From a virus: a stretch of 64,000 bases of DNA. The notes beneath the pieces were generated by a model. That model did not search any database and was not told the origin of the DNA. It worked only from the letters and a program-made list of their open reading frames with translations. The translations under genes and the position numbers were made by a program. This document shows, piece by piece, positions 37,538 to 47,199 of this stretch. The stretch spans positions 113,546-177,545 of IMG/VR virus record IMGVR_UViG_3300027969_000042. One strand, 5' to 3'. Position 1 is the first letter of the stretch, and every line of letters starts with the position of its first letter.

Positions 37538-38487
37538 ATTTCTTCTTTGATATTTAACATTTTTCCAGTTTCTGGATCATAATTCATAATCAGTAATTCA
37601 ATACCCTTTTCCTTATCAACTCCCTCTACTTTATTCTTAATAACTGCAGATGGTCTATGAAACTCTTTTGAAGTCCAAAGATACTCGTCTCTTGGTAATA
37701 ATTCTTCTAATAAAGGAAAATAGTAATATGATAATGACCATCTACTTTTAGAACTCTTTAATAATTCTAATAAACGTCTATGTGAAGAAATCCCAAAGGT
37801 GTTCTCTGTGTCACAACCATACCAAAATAATCTTCTACCATCATCATCATTTTTTAAGTCGTTAAAACGAGCGTAAGGTGGGTCTAAATACATGTATGTA
37901 TCGTCTGCATCATACATTGTGATAACATCTTCAAAGTCTAAATTATGAAAGTCTGTAATTTTTTGTAACCTTTCAGTGTATTTGTTTTTTTCTAATTTAT
38001 TGATTAGAATTAAAAGATTTAATTTGTTTGTTTTTTTCTTAAATCCAGTAAAACCACCGCCTCTTGGATAAACAGAACTAAAGCTTGATGTAATTAGGAA
38101 TGCGTAAATCGCGCCTACTTTAAAATCACCAATCTCAAAGTTCATATCATCTAAGAAATCATTAGTAACATAAGTTCTATAAATAGCTTTAAAGAAATCC
38201 CATTTTTTATCTAATTCAGTTTCAGTAGTGTAAAGTAAACCACCTGGTGCTAATAAAGATTTAAGTTCTACTAAAAAATCTTGTGGTTGAGAACAACATT
38301 TCATTAGATTCGCTTGATGTCTGTTTCTATCATTAAATACAACATTAGTAAACTCTAAATTAGAATCTAAATATATTGCGAATGAACCAGAAAATGGTTC
38401 GATGTATGTTTTACAATCCGTTGGAATGTTAGGTGTGATAAAGGATTGAAAGTTTGCCTTGCCCCCAAAATAGCTTATGACGCTCAT
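37522..38487 (-). CDS. dam: DNA adenine methyltransferase (Dam/D12 class)
   Basis: YFGGK, YIEPFSGS, FNDRN and YLDPPY motifs. Confidence 0.9.
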   Translation of the reverse strand: MSVISYFGGKANFQSFITPNIPTDCKTYIEPFSGSFAIYLDSNLEFTNVVFNDRNRHQANLMKCCSQPQDFLVELKSLLAPGGLLYTTETELDKKWDFFKAIYRTYVTNDFLDDMNFEIGDFKVGAIYAFLITSSFSSVYPRGGGFTGFKKKTNKLNLLILINKLEKNKYTERLQKITDFHNLDFEDVITMYDADDTYMYLDPPYARFNDLKNDDDGRRLFWYGCDTENTFGISSHRRLLELLKSSKSRWSLSYYYFPLLEELLPRDEYLWTSKEFHRPSAVIKNKVEGVDKEKGIELLIMNYDPETGKMLNIKEEIKEDL

Positions 38488-38502
38488 TTTTTTTATTATT
38501 TT

Positions 38503-39336
38503 TTAAGATTTTCTATATTTAATCTTTGTTTTACTTATAGAGATTGCTCTATCAAAAGTTTCTTTTTTTCTATCTAAATAAATAGTTGCATCTTTATAAA
38601 AAAATTCATAAAATCTTTCTATGTCACTAAAAGATCCCCAGTCTATAACACTATATGTTCCTTTTGGACATCTTATCTTATTCTTTTTTATTCCACAATA
38701 ATTCACTAATTTATCAACATAGACTTCTATAAAGTCTTTACTACCTGAACATATATTTACTTGACCTCTATCAGTTGTATCTCTGGAACCTTCTCTCTTT
38801 TTATGTATGGATATACATCCATCACCATCAAATACACCTCTCATAAAGTGACGTTCTAAATTTTTAGGTATTTCAGGATATCTAACTATCATTGTTTTTA
38901 CCGGATAAATACCTAAATTAAATAAATCACTTTTCATTTTTTCGGATGTGACGGTCAAACTACTACAATTACTACCGTCATTTTTAGTAAAAATATTACC
39001 TTCAAATTTTATATACTCTTTAAACTTATAAAGTATATCAGTATCTTTTTGTATTATACTAACTTGTGGAGTTCTACTATTGATATTACCATCTGCAACT
39101 ATAAATCCTAAAAAGTATGCTTTGTCTTCTGTATCTATATTTTCAAAGTAATCTTCATTTAGATTGTACTTTTTAACTTTATTTTTTATAATGTCACCAT
39201 TATCAATAATTACTTTTTTATAATGTCTATCTGAAATACCATATTCATTTATTATGTCCTTTCTTTTAATACCATTTTGTCTTTTAAAAACTATCTCTAG
39301 TTCTTCTTCCTTTGTAAGTTCTTTTAATTTTCTCAT
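38503..39336 (-). mobile_element. Free-standing LAGLIDADG homing endonuclease
   Basis: AYFLGFIVADG and HFMRGVFDGDGCI motifs; N-terminal HTH-like segment. Confidence 0.85.
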
Positions 39337-39397
39337 ATATTATATATAAAAATTGTTTAGTTCCCTCCAAAGTAATTTGATAATTTTCATAATTTAT

Positions 39398-39428
39398 TTT
39401 GGTATATAATTTTTTTTTATTACTTTTG
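39398..39428 (+). promoter_or_regulatory. Bacteroidota housekeeping-sigma promoter (-33/-7)
   Basis: TTTG (39398-39401), 19-nt spacer, TACTTTTG (39421-39428), 22 nt upstream of the ATG at 39451. Confidence 0.7.
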
Positions 39429-39450
39429 TCAAGATAAAAAATAGAAAAGT

Positions 39451-40590
39451 ATGCTTATATATAAAGGGATTGAATACAAACCGGGTAGTAAAGTAATTGC
39501 AAATGTAGATGGTATCCAAATTGAAGGTAAAATTCAACAAGAGGACCCATACTACTATATTTGTCATAATGAACCCGAAAAATCAGGAAATCAAGCCCAC
39601 GATAGACTAGGATATAGTTACTCTTGGGCATTTAAGCAAGAAGGTGATGGAACACTTACCGATGGTGTTGTTATATTAGGTCTAAATGGTGTTGAAAACT
39701 TAAAAGATAAATTTGAAATATCCCAAAAGTTACTTACTTTTTTTCAAAGTAAAAGAATTGATATTCTTTCGATAGAAGATAAAAGGATGTTTCCAGATTA
39801 TAATAAGTTTGATATATCAGAAACCAAAGGAATGATTAAATTAGTAGATTCTACAAAAAATAGAAGTACTGATTTAAAATTTGGAAGATTTTTAAATTCA
39901 TTCTCTAAACAATATAAAGACACATTTAAAATGGAGTCTTTATTTGATAATAAAAAAGTAGAGAAAACTCATAATGATTATGTATCATATCAAACTGGTG
40001 ATCACATTAGAGTAGAGTATTTAACAGGTAAACAAATCTTAGAAGGGTATAAAAGAGAAAATTATCAAGCATCTAAATCATCATTAGGTGGTTCTTGTAT
40101 GACAGATAAACTAAGTTATCTAGATCTTTATACAAAAAATCCTAATAAGGTAAGTATGGTTGCAATTAAAGTGTTTGATAAATTTGTTGGTAGATGTTTA
40201 GTATGGACTACTAATTGTGGGCAAAAGATAATGGACAAACCTTACATTTGTGATGAATGGGTTTTATCTAAATTTGACGAAGTTAGAGAAAAAGAAGGAT
40301 ATTTATCATTTCAAGATGTTATAAACTCATCAATAAAATTATTTATTGATTTGGATACCACTGATATTGATGAATGGCCGTATTTAGATACATTTATGTA
40401 CTTAACTTTTCATCAAAAGAAAGTTATTGTTGAACAACCAGTAGAAGTTCTTACATTAAATCTATTTAATCGTAAAACAGAGGTGTTAGAAGATGATTAT
40501 TCTAAAGGTATATTACAATCTTATCCACCAAACGGTTATTCTATGAGACTTAGAGCAACTAATGGTAGATATGAAGATAATAGAAATTAA
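39451..40590 (+). CDS. Conserved phage protein of the SCM/GRCLVW type, paralog of 26228..27292
   Basis: GGSCM...GRCLVW...MDKPY...WPYLDT. Confidence 0.7.
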   Translation: MLIYKGIEYKPGSKVIANVDGIQIEGKIQQEDPYYYICHNEPEKSGNQAHDRLGYSYSWAFKQEGDGTLTDGVVILGLNGVENLKDKFEISQKLLTFFQSKRIDILSIEDKRMFPDYNKFDISETKGMIKLVDSTKNRSTDLKFGRFLNSFSKQYKDTFKMESLFDNKKVEKTHNDYVSYQTGDHIRVEYLTGKQILEGYKRENYQASKSSLGGSCMTDKLSYLDLYTKNPNKVSMVAIKVFDKFVGRCLVWTTNCGQKIMDKPYICDEWVLSKFDEVREKEGYLSFQDVINSSIKLFIDLDTTDIDEWPYLDTFMYLTFHQKKVIVEQPVEVLTLNLFNRKTEVLEDDYSKGILQSYPPNGYSMRLRATNGRYEDNRN

Positions 40591-40619
40591 AAAAAGCTTA
40601 GAGAAATCTAAGCTTTTTT
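40590..40619. terminator. Bidirectional intrinsic terminator
   Basis: AAAAAAGCTTAG...CTAAGCTTTTTT. Confidence 0.8.
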
Positions 40620-41117
40620 GTCTTTAAATAAAACATCAAAAAGATTTGGTTTTTTAACACCATTTAATTCACTTCTTATATCCATTAGAAGTTTACCTAA
40701 TTTATTTTTACCTTTACCAACACACTTTTCACAAGTACATTGACCCCAGAAATTATCGTGCCAATAATTTCCCTCAATAATAGTAACATCACCGGTTGAA
40801 AGTAACATTTCTTTTAATGCTTCATCTTTGAACTTTTCTTTAACTGCCCATTCCATAAATCCAAATTTCTTTGAATCCCACTCTGAACGTACTTTTATAA
40901 CCTTACCTAATTGTTTTGCCTTACCAGGTGCCATATTAGAAACTAGTTCTCTAAAATCAGCAGATGTATAGTATTTACCATCAATCATTTGATCATTGTT
41001 ACACTTCATTGCAACATAATATGTCTCAACACTATTATAAGTAATACCTTGGTATTCTATTTTACACGGATAGAAGTTTGATAGAAATCCATATCTACCA
41101 TCAAATTTTGTTATCAT
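40608..41117 (-). CDS. NADAR (YbiA-like) family protein
   Basis: FLSNFYP, VETYY.A.K, DNFWG...GKNKLGKLLM. Confidence 0.88.
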   Translation of the reverse strand: MITKFDGRYGFLSNFYPCKIEYQGITYNSVETYYVAMKCNNDQMIDGKYYTSADFRELVSNMAPGKAKQLGKVIKVRSEWDSKKFGFMEWAVKEKFKDEALKEMLLSTGDVTIIEGNYWHDNFWGQCTCEKCVGKGKNKLGKLLMDIRSELNGVKKPNLFDVLFKDKKA

Positions 41118-41133
41118 AATTTTATATATTTAT

Positions 41134-41164
41134 AAAAAAACCCACTCATTGAGTGGGTTTTTTT
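41134..41164 (-). terminator. Intrinsic terminator downstream of the tmRNA
   Basis: A7-CCCACTCA-T-TGAGTGGG-T7. Confidence 0.85.
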
Positions 41165-41168
41165 GTTG

Positions 41169-41545
41169 TGGAGATGACGTTGTACTGCCCAACGTGTCTT
41201 TCTCAGTTAAAAATAACTATTCGTTTACAGGTTTAGTAAGTTTTTCTAAGTCTTACAAAATAATTAGTTTTTGAATCTCAAACTACTAATAAAAAGGTTT
41301 CACTTTTAAACTGGTGACCACAGCTGTAGAATTTTTGGTGTATTAGTCTTATTTGATTAAGCTACTACTAAATCTCTATTAGAGATCAAATTGTTTTGTA
41401 AGCAAGCTACTAAATCTTCACTTGTTCCTACTTGATTAACGTTGCCGTTTAAAATTGTATCAACTAATTTATTAATCGGTCATTGTAGACCACCCGATAC
41501 CTGCATAATCACTCTTAGTCCGCAAATCAATTCTGAAACACCCCC
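41169..41545 (-). ncRNA. ssrA: tmRNA (CCA not encoded)
   Basis: 5' GGGGGUG pairs with 3' CAUCUCC-A, including G3.U70; D-loop-like UUUCAGAAUUGA; T-arm ACGUUG-GGCAGUA-CAACGU; tag ORF 41357..41446 ends LVVA-stop; late promoter at 41560..41568 and terminator at 41134..41164. Confidence 0.9.
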
Positions 41546-41559
41546 AAGTTGTTATTGTT

Positions 41560-41568
41560 TATATATTA
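41560..41568 (-). promoter_or_regulatory. Putative late promoter TAATATATA (tmRNA)
   Basis: 14 nt upstream of the tmRNA 5' end. Confidence 0.55.
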
Positions 41569-41612
41569 GATAAAAAAAGCCAAAAAGTTTAGTTTTTGAC
41601 TTTATTTTTTTA

Positions 41613-42890
41613 TTATTCCAGAACGTTATCAGTAAACCACTTAATAACTAGTTCTTTTGGTATCACATCACCATAATACTCTGTATATTCTTCACCACCT
41701 TTTTTAATGACATATGATGTATCATCGGTGTTTATACTATCAAAGTATTTAACATACTCTTCAAAGCTCTTAAAACGCATCCCTAATACACTGACCGAGT
41801 CGTCATTAAAGATCATCATCTTATAATCATCTGGACTAATATCAATACCAAATAGGTTACCTAAATATGTATTTAATTTCTTAACATCTTTAAAATCAAA
41901 TCTAACATCTTTCTGACCTTCGATTTGAACTAAAATATCATCTAAAATTGTTACTTTAATATCAACATCTTCAAACCAAGTATTAAATACAAGTGTATCT
42001 GTATTATATGTATCATACTCTAATGTATTTGTGTGAAGTAAGTCATATTTATTTAAAATACTTTTAACTTCTTTTACAACACTCTTATTAGAGAAACGAT
42101 GTCTTGGTGCAATTTTATATTTTGGTTCAAAATAAGTTACTTTTCTTTCAGTTGGTAGGTTCTCCCAATCAATTTTACAAGCAGCTTCTGCAACTTTTTT
42201 AGTATAAGATAAATCTACATACTCTGTTTTATAGTGTTCATTCCATCCACCTGCACTAATATTAGTACATTCTGGAATAATATCTAAGAAAGTGGCAGTA
42301 TCTGTATAATAAGCATTTGGGTCTGGTTTAGACTCAACACCTAAATTGGTTAGTTCATCTGATAAAGCATCTGCAAAATCAATAGAACAACAAAATCTAC
42401 CTTTCTGTCTTAGAACAACAGAACCGGTTTGTTTTCTATCAAATGCAACTGCTCTTTTAAATTTTTTGAAGAATTCTGGGTTTGCTTTTAAAGCATTTTG
42501 TGACCCCCATAAACCACCACTTAAAATTGGCTCTTCTCCTAAGAAGAAATAATAAGTTCCAGGTATTCCTTTAGAAATCATATATAATAAAATAGACATT
42601 CCTAATTTATTATCACCACCTAATATGGTTGTTTCATCAGTTTTAATAATATCACCTTCAATAACGTGATTTACCTTTTCATATTTAGTACAATAAGTAT
42701 CTAAGTGAGTTGTAAATAATGTTTCTGAATTACCTAGTTGAATATAATAGTTGCCAATAGAATCTTTTTTATATCCTTTTGGTAGATATTTTTCTAATTT
42801 GGTTTCATCACCATAAGGAATTGTATATTCAGTTAGTTTCAAAAAAGTATCCTTTATATCTAAAGGATTTATACTTTCATTTTTTGCCAT
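41613..42890 (-). CDS. M28/M20-like zinc peptidase (copy 1)
   Basis: THLDT, LGGDNKLG, GEE, AFDR, TDTATF and GGWNEH. Confidence 0.8.
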   Translation of the reverse strand: MAKNESINPLDIKDTFLKLTEYTIPYGDETKLEKYLPKGYKKDSIGNYYIQLGNSETLFTTHLDTYCTKYEKVNHVIEGDIIKTDETTILGGDNKLGMSILLYMISKGIPGTYYFFLGEEPILSGGLWGSQNALKANPEFFKKFKRAVAFDRKQTGSVVLRQKGRFCCSIDFADALSDELTNLGVESKPDPNAYYTDTATFLDIIPECTNISAGGWNEHYKTEYVDLSYTKKVAEAACKIDWENLPTERKVTYFEPKYKIAPRHRFSNKSVVKEVKSILNKYDLLHTNTLEYDTYNTDTLVFNTWFEDVDIKVTILDDILVQIEGQKDVRFDFKDVKKLNTYLGNLFGIDISPDDYKMMIFNDDSVSVLGMRFKSFEEYVKYFDSINTDDTSYVIKKGGEEYTEYYGDVIPKELVIKWFTDNVLE

Positions 42891-42920
42891 AATTGTTTAA
42901 TTTTTTACAAATATACAAAA

Positions 42921-43508
42921 TTAAAATGGACTTTCATCATCTTCTCCAAAATCTTCATCAGTATCATCATTTAATCCTTCATCATAATAGAATCCAAATT
43001 CTAAGGTTTGACCTCTTTGATTTTCCCACATATCAAATTCTGAATCATATTGAGGTAATATATCCATTTTTAATTTATTTAAAAGATCAAAAACATTTAT
43101 TACATCACTTAATCTTTCTCTATGACCCATAGAACATCTAATAGATAAATCTAAATTATCATTAGTAATAGATACATTTTCAATACCTTTATTTTTAAAC
43201 ATACCTCTTAATAGATATTTTAAGTGTTCCATATCATCATCTTCAATATCTTCATCACTTAAATCTGGATCTCTATCACCATCTTTATTATCATAATGAT
43301 CAAAGTTATGAGCTATTCCACCATAATACTCACTATCATAAAAATCTTCATCATCATCAGATATTTCACCAGACATATCAAAACGAGATGGTAAAGAGTT
43401 ACTCTTTTTTCTAGAACCACCTGCCCAATCATCATTCCAATCTTGATCTGTACCTTCCCAGGCATCATCATCAACTCTTTCTATAAATCTTTTATACTTT
43501 TGTATCAT
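42921..43508 (-). CDS. Acidic hypothetical protein with a capsid-targeting-like N-terminus
   Basis: Starts MIQKYKRFIER. Confidence 0.6.
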   Translation of the reverse strand: MIQKYKRFIERVDDDAWEGTDQDWNDDWAGGSRKKSNSLPSRFDMSGEISDDDEDFYDSEYYGGIAHNFDHYDNKDGDRDPDLSDEDIEDDDMEHLKYLLRGMFKNKGIENVSITNDNLDLSIRCSMGHRERLSDVINVFDLLNKLKMDILPQYDSEFDMWENQRGQTLEFGFYYDEGLNDDTDEDFGEDDESPF

Positions 43509-43509
43509 A

Positions 43510-44886
43510 TTATTTTAATTCTATTTTGATGGTTGTTTCGTCAAAAACAACGTAAGGGTCTGCGGTTCTGTGCTTATATAATAAACCTTGTACTTGTGAT
43601 AATGTATCAAAGATAGTTTTAACATCAGCAAGATCTAAATCTATTTTAATAAATATTTTATCTTGAACACCAACTACTTTAACATCTAAACCAAATATAG
43701 ATTTTTTAACAGTATCAATTAAAGTTTTATGTTTTCTTAATAATTCTTCATTTATACCTACTTTTCTTACAGCTGGTAATTGTGACCAATTTACTTTTAA
43801 AGAAGCTTTTGCCAATTTCTCTAAATAAGTCATATTTTGTATCTCTCTAAATGTATGCTCGTTATTATATCCAACCGATACGTTAGTACATTCTGATATA
43901 TCATCAATAAATGATGCAGAATCCGTAAATACTCCCGTTGGATCAGTAGATAAATTTAATCCACTTTTATTATATTCTTTACAAAGTGCGGTAGCAAATT
44001 CATTTGAACAACAAACTCTACCATATTGAGAAGTAATAACCGAACCGGTTTTTCTTCTATCAAAAGAAACACATTTTTTAACATTTTTTAGAAACTCAAA
44101 TGAACTATATTCACTTGCCAAATCTCTTGAACCAATACCACCTCTTTCTTCCCCAATAAAGAAGTAATAAATACCTGGTATTTTGTTTTCCATCATATAT
44201 AACATTACTGCTACTCCTGCTTTATCATCTGCACCTAATATAGAAGTACCATCAGTATAAATATACTCATCACCATCTTCTATTTTTGATAATAATTTAG
44301 TAGGTAATTGAGATCTATCTGCAGTATCTAAGTGAGATGTAAACATTGTAGTATCATCTCCTGCGATTACTTTATAATAATTACCAAATTTATCTAATTC
44401 TAGGTCTGGTAAAAACTCTAAAACCTCAGTTTCGTGACCCATAGGATAAGTTTTTGTTACCAATGATAAGAATGTTGAACGAACATCTTTAGGATTATAA
44501 ACAAATGGTTTATGTTCAATTGGTGTACCAACTGGTTGTACTGCAACTTTTACTCCTTTTTTAAGATTTACAATTGTAGTAGAGAATTTTCTAATACTTT
44601 CTTCATCATAAACACCCGGAAAATAACTTCTCAAAAATGTTCCAATTTTGATATATTGTCTTCTTCCACCTATTATAGCATCAAAGAAATAATCTGAATC
44701 AGAGATATCCAATCTTGATATATTCATATCATTCGCATATTTAGACCTAGGATCTGCCATCCAGTTAAGTTCATATGCAATATAATCATCATGATCATCT
44801 TCCATTGTAGTTAGAAGTTTTACTAACCTAGCAGAAAATGCAATCTTTATTTCATCTTCATATTTCATTTTATAATCATTTGCCAT
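43510..44886 (-). CDS. M28/M20-like zinc peptidase (copy 2) with an extra N-terminal domain
   Basis: SHLDT, LGADDKAG, GEERGGIGS, SFDRR, TDSASF and VGYNNEH. Confidence 0.82.
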   Translation of the reverse strand: MANDYKMKYEDEIKIAFSARLVKLLTTMEDDHDDYIAYELNWMADPRSKYANDMNISRLDISDSDYFFDAIIGGRRQYIKIGTFLRSYFPGVYDEESIRKFSTTIVNLKKGVKVAVQPVGTPIEHKPFVYNPKDVRSTFLSLVTKTYPMGHETEVLEFLPDLELDKFGNYYKVIAGDDTTMFTSHLDTADRSQLPTKLLSKIEDGDEYIYTDGTSILGADDKAGVAVMLYMMENKIPGIYYFFIGEERGGIGSRDLASEYSSFEFLKNVKKCVSFDRRKTGSVITSQYGRVCCSNEFATALCKEYNKSGLNLSTDPTGVFTDSASFIDDISECTNVSVGYNNEHTFREIQNMTYLEKLAKASLKVNWSQLPAVRKVGINEELLRKHKTLIDTVKKSIFGLDVKVVGVQDKIFIKIDLDLADVKTIFDTLSQVQGLLYKHRTADPYVVFDETTIKIELK

Positions 44887-44919
44887 TTAAAATGTTTTTA
44901 TTTTTATTATATATTAAAA

Positions 44920-45312
44920 TTATATAGTGACTTCGTGTGCATTTTTATAATCAACCATAACTTGACCATCATTCATACCTGGTTTTTTACTAACAAATCT
45001 ACGTTTACAGTAAACTACAGTTGCTTTATCAGTACCTTTTGCCTTACTATTATCTTTTGCAATTTCAGCAAATCTTCTAATTAATTCAGGAGTTGGTATA
45101 TTATCTCTAACAATGATAACAACATGACTTCCAGGAACACCTTTTACGTGCATCCATATATCGTCATTATCAGCAACATTAAACGTTAGATGGTCATTAG
45201 ACTTTGCATCTTTACCCAGATGTACTAAAAATCCATCAATTTCCATCTTCTTAATATTTGGAAACTTATCTTTCTTGGATTCATTAAACTGTGAATATTT
45301 CTTTAATCTCAT
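44920..45312 (-). CDS. Stand-alone NFACT-R (DUF814) RNA-binding domain protein
   Basis: GKDAKSNDHL...DIWMHVKGVPGSHVVI...VVYCKRRFVSK; start MRLKKYSQFNES at 45312. Confidence 0.85.
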   Translation of the reverse strand: MRLKKYSQFNESKKDKFPNIKKMEIDGFLVHLGKDAKSNDHLTFNVADNDDIWMHVKGVPGSHVVIIVRDNIPTPELIRRFAEIAKDNSKAKGTDKATVVYCKRRFVSKKPGMNDGQVMVDYKNAHEVTI

Positions 45313-45337
45313 AATGTATATATTATTTATATAAAAC

Positions 45338-45365
45338 AAAAAAAGACCCAATTGGGTCTTTTTTT
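45338..45365 (-). terminator. Intrinsic terminator downstream of the major capsid gene
   Basis: AAAAGACCCA-AT-TGGGTCTTTT. Confidence 0.85.
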
Positions 45366-45384
45366 GAAATATTATAACTAATAA

Positions 45385-47112
45385 TTAGTTAAGTAATCCT
45401 AGTGAATCAGAAACTTGGATAGTCATGAACTGTTTTTGTGGGTACCAACCAACTTCAGTTACTGCATATCTTGATCTAAGTAACATTCTTGGTGCGAATG
45501 TAGCCTCAGAGATGATGCTAATTGACTGAGCCATTAAGTAAGGTACGAAAATAATACCTGGTTGATCAGGATTATTTTTTCTTCCTAAAACGATTCTGTT
45601 ATCGTTATATCTCATGTATGGATCAACATAGATAGAGATGTCTCCGATTGAACCTACTGGGTACAATTGACCTTGAGAGTTCATTTTAGATTTTAATGGA
45701 TTGATAGTATAACCTGCAATATCTTGTAATGCTGCAGCAAGACCCCCGTTTGTGATTAAGTATTGAGCTGGCCCAACACGTCCTTCTGTTGCGATGTAGT
45801 TAGAAGCATGAGCAATTTTCGTGATCAATTTTCTTTGTACAGCGTGAGTAGTCTCACCACCAACAGTATTTGCACTTCCTGCATATTTAGTATCTAAGTC
45901 AAAGATTGTTTGACCAGAAATAGCAGATGAGAAAGTAGTTCCAGCTGCAGGAGCAGATTGTCTATTTAAAGCACCCATTTCAAAGATTTTGTTAACAATT
46001 TGTTTAGAAATTGTTTGAGACAATTCATTAACAAGGATTGATTCCATTTTTTGAACGATATCCATACCTGTGTTAGCTTTAATGTCCTCAATTTCAGTTC
46101 TTCTAAGTGCAGAAGATACTTCAATAGTACCAACAGCAACTGTTTTAGAAGAGATTTTTGGTCCGATAACACCAGCATAACTATCATCATCTGTTTGTCT
46201 ATCCATTGGATAAGCACCAGCTGCTGATGAAGTTGGTCCATACCAGTTTGCAGAGAAACCAGGAATGTGATCTTCTAAAGCAGAAACTAAAGAGATTGCC
46301 TTAGTTCCTGAAACTGTTGCACCAGCAAGATTACTGATAGTCTCAGTCATTGCTTGAGTTGCTCCAAATGTATTTTTTTGAACATCAAAAGCCCATGCAT
46401 TTGTGTTTTGAACACCAGCGTTAATACCTGCAGCAGTATTATTTTGTCTATATGCTTTAAAGATTGGTAAACCATCAATACGAGAAAATCCTAAGAATTC
46501 AAGTTGATTAGCTTTATTTGATGGTTCTGCTTGAACATACCATCCTGTTGCAGCAGCAGTATTTGTAGTAACCCATAGTCTACCACCATATAAACCACCT
46601 TGTGTTTCTGTGATACCAAGATTTGCAAATTGTGCTCTTAAATTAGTAATAATAGTAGAAATATTATCACAGCTAAATTTGAAAACTTGTGGTCTCTCAT
46701 CAGATGCACCTAAACGTGTACCGTCATATGCGAAGTCGATATATAATAAATCGATTTTCGGACCTGGTGTTGGTTTAACAGCAACTAAGTCAAGACCAAT
46801 TGTTTGAGCAGCAATTTTCATTGCAACTGGTAACAAGTTTTGACCAACATCACCTGAACCAATTGTTCCTGCTGTTGTAAGTGTAGCTAAACTACCACCT
46901 ATTGTTTGTCCTGCATAAGCAGCTGGTTGAGCAGCTAAAACTGAACCCATACCTGCAACGTTTGAAGCGTTCACGTATGCGTTTTCGTTGATTGAGTGAA
47001 ATTCAGCATATTCTGACATCCATTCTACTCTATCACCTGTAACTCCCATGTTTTCCAACACTGGAGACCATTTTTTCATGGCTTTTTGATTATCTATTCT
47101 AATGTGTGACAT
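45385..47112 (-). CDS. gp23: Major capsid protein (T4 gp23-like)
   Basis: KKWSPVL, DLVAVKP, ELSQTISKQI, VYVDPY-like IYVDPY, GIIFVPY and PRMLLRSRYA. Confidence 0.93.
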   Translation of the reverse strand: MSHIRIDNQKAMKKWSPVLENMGVTGDRVEWMSEYAEFHSINENAYVNASNVAGMGSVLAAQPAAYAGQTIGGSLATLTTAGTIGSGDVGQNLLPVAMKIAAQTIGLDLVAVKPTPGPKIDLLYIDFAYDGTRLGASDERPQVFKFSCDNISTIITNLRAQFANLGITETQGGLYGGRLWVTTNTAAATGWYVQAEPSNKANQLEFLGFSRIDGLPIFKAYRQNNTAAGINAGVQNTNAWAFDVQKNTFGATQAMTETISNLAGATVSGTKAISLVSALEDHIPGFSANWYGPTSSAAGAYPMDRQTDDDSYAGVIGPKISSKTVAVGTIEVSSALRRTEIEDIKANTGMDIVQKMESILVNELSQTISKQIVNKIFEMGALNRQSAPAAGTTFSSAISGQTIFDLDTKYAGSANTVGGETTHAVQRKLITKIAHASNYIATEGRVGPAQYLITNGGLAAALQDIAGYTINPLKSKMNSQGQLYPVGSIGDISIYVDPYMRYNDNRIVLGRKNNPDQPGIIFVPYLMAQSISIISEATFAPRMLLRSRYAVTEVGWYPQKQFMTIQVSDSLGLLN

Positions 47113-47199
47113 AAAATTTTATTTTTTTTTTAGTTTTTTTACAATACTATATATATCCTTGTTTTTACTCGTTTTTCACAAGTATGGATTTTTTATAGA

